DNA of 53,782 bases from Catajapyx aquilonaris (taxonomy: Eukaryota), in the NCBI GenBank assembly GCA_000934665.2, contig KZ538693.1, positions 1-53,782 of the forward strand, read 5' to 3'. The position numbers and the translations under genes were made by a program. Within the stretch, counting starts at the first letter, position 1. Each line of letters begins with the position of its first letter. The notes beneath the pieces are model-generated. The model saw only the letters and a list, made by a program, of their open reading frames with translations, made no database searches and had not been told where the DNA came from. This document shows, piece by piece, positions 48,837 to 53,782 of the stretch.

Positions 48837-48935
48837 TATCCTCCATACTCCCGAAAAAGTAAAATTTTTGTGGCCATTTGAGGTTTTTTCGTGCCTATTT
48901 CGGGTTTTTATTCGTGCCTAAAAATCCGGACTCTA
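47790..48935. mobile_element. hAT-like non-autonomous element containing a palindrome and a SINE
   Basis: TAGAGTCCGGATTTTTAGGCA...TGCCTAAAAATCCGGACTCTA; flanking duplication GTTATGAC (47782-47789; 48938-48945, offset by 2 nt). Confidence 0.8.
48546..48832 (+). mobile_element. 5'-truncated SINE, family C, with 14-bp TSD
   Basis: B-box GGTTCGAATCC, (TTA)n tail, TSD ATATTATCCTCCAT at 48531-48544 and 48833-48846. Confidence 0.88.
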
Positions 48936-49829
48936 TAGTTATGACAGCGAGTTCTGACCAATCCTTATCAAGATCTGTATTGAGTCGGGTCACAGTAATC
49001 TTTTGGCGAAATTCTAAATCTCTTTCAGTCAATTTTGGCAGCAATTTTGTCAGGGACCTAAGTTAATACAAAATGACGGGTGACCGTGTTATGTGCCTCT
49101 GGTGCCAGATCGCATTTTTGCCTCACCGCCGAATTTTGTATCTGTAATATGATTGCTGTGCTGATGATACAGTATGGAATTTTGTGTTTGAGAGTGAACT
49201 GACCCCATTTTTAGGAAGACCCGACCTGACACATTATTACTTGTATAAGCAATGGATGAGCACCGAAAGGGATCACAAAACGCGGGTGACCTTGTTGGAG
49301 ACAAGACCATTGCATTGTCTTCACTTTTGATGTACTGTACTCTTGAATCACTATATAAGGCTCCCAAATAAAAATTTCGAAGAAAAAAAAAGAAAAAAAA
49401 GTGCAAGTCCGCAAAAGTACGACCAGACTCCCTAAAAAAACGATTACTTACCCACATAGAGCCAGTAGGCTAAGGACCCATGTCCGCTATGTGGACCTCT
49501 TTAGCCTGCTACTTGGCAATGATAATGCCCTGCATAATTCGCCTTTCGTCATCCGCAAATAGTACAAGGCAAAAATGACTCACTGTCAGTGTAACTGATG
49601 GGCGGCAAGTGCACGAATTTTAAAGTCAAGTCATTTTATAAATAAAACTTTATATTTCAGGTTTTCACAGCTATTTTATTGCTTGTAATTTTGTACGAAA
49701 TTATTCGCATCTCACCGAGACATTAGAAAGAAGATTCCATGGGAGTAGTTATCTGAAGTTGTCTTGCCAATATCATGGGTTGACACCCCTACACTCGGGA
49801 TCAGCACCATGGTGGTAGAATCTATCGGG

Positions 49830-51443
49830 TTACTTTGGCTTCCCGATGGGATTGCAGCTGGCTTGTAGGTGCATCTTTTGTTTGCAAAGCATCTGAAGAT
49901 GAATCACGGCGGCTTCTCTATTCCCATGATATTTTCGTTCCCAAGCATCCATCAGCAGGTTGTAATATCGCACAGTCTCAAAGTAAGGAAGGTAGGTGGA
50001 TGTCTCAGAGGTGGGGAAGATACGGGAAAATCCTCCTGCTGCTACAAGCTCATCTTCACTTTCGATCAAGTGCCGGATGTCACCTGGGGACAACTCCTTT
50101 AGAATGGATTTGAGGTTGCTCTTTTGATTATTCTTTTGTGTGAACTTTGCTTGTTTGTACTTCTCATCCCTTGCGAGCGGCATCTGATGCAGGCGCGTAT
50201 CCATCACCAAGCTTCTATTGCTTGGCAATACGTTCACGATAAGTTGAGTCTTACCCAAGGTTTCATACAGCTTTGGGAACAACACACCAGCTTCAATCCG
50301 CAGCGCCTTGGCAATCTTAGTTCCAGGAGGAATCTGGAAGCGGGCCAGGTTCAGCACATCTCTCATCATGGGCCCTTTGACACTGAGATCCAAAGGAGTG
50401 TCTGAATGGAGAGAGGGGGAAATGTTGACTTCCAGGAGCCAGGGCGTGAGGTTCTCATCAATGAGGACATCGAATCCAAAAAGTTCATAGCAGCAGTATC
50501 GGGATGGAGCGAAACAGGCAGTCAGAGTTGAGATGTGAGACTCAGCACTGATGAGAGTTTTAATAATAATGTCCTTCAAAGAGGCACGGAGGCCATCAGT
50601 CTTGATGCCATTCTCCTCCAGGTAACGCCAGAGAGTCTTAATTGTCCACTTGTGCCCCTGGCATGCATCAGCATCGACATTGCCCTCATAGCACCTACTT
50701 GTTTTGTTAATGCTGTAGTTAGTAAGATGCATGAATTTGTCGCCTATTAAACTCAGGTCAGTGGAGTACTTCACCGAAGCAAATCGAACGAGGCCATTGT
50801 CATACAAGTAGATGCGAAGAGGGTTGAAAGATGTGACCAGAACATACAAACGTAAGTCAAACTTACTCCCATTGATGAGAAATGGCTTGGAGATGTAACT
50901 CTGGACCAGCAGAGGCCTCTGAATTGGTATTTGGCTCCAACGAGTCACCACCTTGATTCCACTGCCTCTTGCTGATGCAATCGGCTTGACGATCCACTTC
51001 CTCCTCCCCTCCATAGGACCCCAGGCACATCGAAGTTGCGTGACGTCTTGTGGGAGAAGATAGGTCTTGGGAGTGAACCCAAACTGCTCCTTTCCAAACT
51101 TAAGCAGGAGCCGCTGGATATTCTTCCACAAATTGTCCTTCCGTCCAAGCTGATATGTTCCTGGGAAATGATTGATTTTCTGGAAATCCTTCAGTGTCTT
51201 GAAACATGATGAGTTCATATGCTTTCCCCAGGTGCCTGTCCAATCGCTAGCCCTCTGCACAAGGCAAAAACCTGAGTTGAGCGCGGCCTGGCTGATCACA
51301 AATGGAGTGTTGTTATTTAACCGCCACTTTATGTGCTTACTGACTTCCCATGGAACCTCTTCCTCGTAATTCTTCTCACACGTACAGAAATTAATGTACG
51401 GTGGTACATGTGGAAAGAGAGATGGACGTAAAAGACGCTCCAT
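49830..51443 (-). CDS. TTLL4: Intronless TTLL4-like tubulin glutamylase (~537 aa), nested in an SHPK intron
   Basis: Uninterrupted ORF with TTL motifs QKINHFPG..GRKD, WIVKPIASARGSGI, KFDLRLYV, HLTNYSINK, ELFGFDVL..WLLEVNISPSLHS. First in-frame ATG at 51443; AATAAA at 49675-49680 (- strand). Confidence 0.92.
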   Translation of the reverse strand: MERLLRPSLFPHVPPYINFCTCEKNYEEEVPWEVSKHIKWRLNNNTPFVISQAALNSGFCLVQRASDWTGTWGKHMNSSCFKTLKDFQKINHFPGTYQLGRKDNLWKNIQRLLLKFGKEQFGFTPKTYLLPQDVTQLRCAWGPMEGRRKWIVKPIASARGSGIKVVTRWSQIPIQRPLLVQSYISKPFLINGSKFDLRLYVLVTSFNPLRIYLYDNGLVRFASVKYSTDLSLIGDKFMHLTNYSINKTSRCYEGNVDADACQGHKWTIKTLWRYLEENGIKTDGLRASLKDIIIKTLISAESHISTLTACFAPSRYCCYELFGFDVLIDENLTPWLLEVNISPSLHSDTPLDLSVKGPMMRDVLNLARFQIPPGTKIAKALRIEAGVLFPKLYETLGKTQLIVNVLPSNRSLVMDTRLHQMPLARDEKYKQAKFTQKNNQKSNLKSILKELSPGDIRHLIESEDELVAAGGFSRIFPTSETSTYLPYFETVRYYNLLMDAWERKYHGNREAAVIHLQMLCKQKMHLQASCNPIGKPK

Positions 51444-52068
51444 CGTACCACAAAGATGAAATATACTAAACAATGATTGTTATTGATTGTCATGGAAATG
51501 TTGTTGTTGTTGGTAACAGGTCACGCGAAAAACGCGTTCTCTGATAGACGATAATAACAGTAACAGGTAACCTCTGCATATGTCATGCAAAACGTCTTTT
51601 TACAAACAAAACGCATCAGATGACTGTTTTCGATATTACACATGTAGGCTACAATCTGTGACACATGCTGATATGTTGCTAATGGCGCGGCGTCGCCAAC
51701 CGGATCTATACAGAGGCTTACAGTAAGTGCAGTACCATGGTGCAGTATATGAGGTGTACACATAGCTGCAGGAAGTATACAGGGTGTCCAAGTCCGTGGG
51801 TTTTTAGTTATCACTAATATCGCCGGAAATAGTTATTTTTGTGTAGCTTGTTGCGCCCCGATACAGGTGCCGCATTACTATCAGATGGTCGAAAAATAAC
51901 AAATAACAGCTTCGAGCAAAATTTCCTATAACTAAAAGTACTAATATATTATACTTCGAACACCCAGTCCGTTTCCCAGTCTGTCCCACTTTGGTGCAAT
52001 ATAACTAGCATTATTACAAACCCTGAAAAATAAGTCCATGTCAGTGCTAATTATACTTTGATACTCAC

Positions 52069-52215
52069 CTTGAGGAACATTATGTCCTAACTCAATGCAC
52101 CATTGCTGCAACATCCGCACAAAAGCAGCTAATGCATTTCCCCCATTCATGGAAGCAGCAACAGCTATGTAACGTCCACTGAAGTAAGGGAAATACTCCA
52201 TAGGGCTTGGAGTCC
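52069..52215 (-). CDS. SHPK: Sedoheptulokinase internal exon (upstream exons lie beyond the window)
   Basis: EYFPYFSGRYIAVAASMNGGNALAAFVRMLQQWCIELG matches the SHPK YFPYF..VAASLNGGN motif; donor AAG|GTGAG. Confidence 0.9.
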
Positions 52216-53228
52216 CTGCTAAAATCATAAACCCTAATTAAAGAACCACTTCACACTATTCTCTCAAATTGATGTTAACATCCAAAAATAGAATCACTAG
52301 TTACTCAAAGGTCTATTTCACTTATAAATATTATACAGGATGTCTGTTAAGTCAGCTTAGATCCATGTATTGCATTCCTAGTTAATGTTAGTACCCAGGC
52401 TAAAGGTTGTGCAAAATGCATGCAAGTACATAGATTCCACCATGCCTTTTGACTCTGGATGCCAACTTACATCAACAGCATACGTGGAATTTACACCAGT
52501 GTGAATCTAAGTCGTAGAAATGTATATTGCATACTGCATTATGCAACTAATGGAGGGATTAAGGTCAAAAAAGGTCAAAGAATTCCCATTCAGGTATAGG
52601 TTGGAAGATGCACATGCAGGAATAACCAAGGCTTTCGCAATTGAGAATGTCAAGGTTGGAGAGGACTTATTAATGTTGGGAGGAGTGGTATTGAAATGGG
52701 TGTTTGGACATCATATGATGCAGCATGCTATAAATGAAAAGATTTAACAATTTGACATCGGCAGTGATGAAACCTTATACTTATCAACCCCTTCGTTACC
52801 AGCTTGGCCAAAAACGCCTAGATATTAGCTTACGCGTACTCTGAAGATACGCATAAGATATTTTACAAATAATAACAGTTACACTTACACGTTCATGCTG
52901 TTCACTATGAATGTGTTTGAAACCATTTTCCTCGTCTAGAAGTTCCTTACCTGAATAAATTTTTTAGAATGTCTCTGTAAAATCTCAAAATTCATGTACT
53001 GCCGGCCAACTGTTAGGCTGATTGAATTATGATATACATTAACACACACGGAATAACAACGGTGAGAACCATGCCAGACCAATTTGCTGAAATCATTGTA
53101 CTTCGCGAGAATTAAAGTAATTCTCATCTGGGGCTTGCTGGCAGTTCGGAAAACTCTCAAATTCATTTATTTCTCGTGACGTGCAACGATTTAAGCAAAT
53201 TCTTCTGGCAGGGTTCTCAAGGTAGATG

Positions 53229-53303
<75 letters not shown>

Positions 53304-53429
53304 AATAATAATAATAATTTCTTTTTTACCGTGTGATACAACTAGAAGTAGTTATAGGGGGGTGGCACACCACCATCAGTTTTCAAACTTGTAATGTTTT
53401 TCTTCAATCACCGTGCAAGGACTTCAGGA

Positions 53430-53650
53430 TGTAGGGTAGGGATAGGGATTGTTGGGGAGGGAACACTTGTGCAGATGCAATGTCTTAACCGTTTGGGCCA
53501 TGTGCAGTCCCCCACGAGGTTAGGTTGCCAGACACCTCCAAGTCAGAGACCCTCCCGACGCAGGTGAAAGGGAACTCCCAGGCTGGGATCGAACCTGGGA
53601 CCTTTCACTCAGTACGCCGACACATTACCATCTCGGCCACCACACTTCCC
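53430..53650 (-). mobile_element. tRNA-derived SINE
   Basis: - strand TGGCCGAGATGG A-box and GGTTCGATCCC B-box followed by a non-tRNA body. Confidence 0.75.
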
Positions 53651-53782
53651 TCATCTCAAGGTAAATGTTCCATATGATTTAATGTATTTCATAAATAAAT
53701 CAGCCTAAAGGCCATTTCACAAAAAAATGTCGCGCGGCAAACGGCGCGCGTTGCGGCAAATTTACTATTTATATTTATTATT

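Overview
Eukaryotic, AT-rich, repeat-dense genomic DNA, probably from an arthropod/insect (inferred from gene structure and repeat types), with one N-gap at 35578-35681. Four protein-coding genes can be assembled by hand from GT-AG junctions with consistent phases. (1) A complete type I fatty acid synthase on the - strand: 21 coding exons, 37362 down to 10708, 7221 nt, 2406 aa, with all catalytic motifs intact. (2) A divergent, repeat-expanded PEX19-like gene with a C-terminal CaaX box (4 exons, + strand, 24482-27715, ~546 aa), nested antisense inside the 8.2-kb FASN intron 23413-31595. (3) The last three exons of sedoheptulokinase (SHPK, - strand). (4) An intronless TTLL4-like tubulin glutamylase (~537 aa) nested on the same strand inside the 7.8-kb SHPK intron. 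The rest is non-autonomous DNA transposons (Tc1/mariner, hAT, piggyBac, PIF/Harbinger, CACTA-like and a Kolobok-like element carrying a P2X7-C-terminal-like Cys domain), several tRNA-derived SINE families (one with a V-SINE-like domain), LINE fragments, a solo LTR and many long palindromes. All calls come from reading the sequence and recognising motifs; no searches were run.
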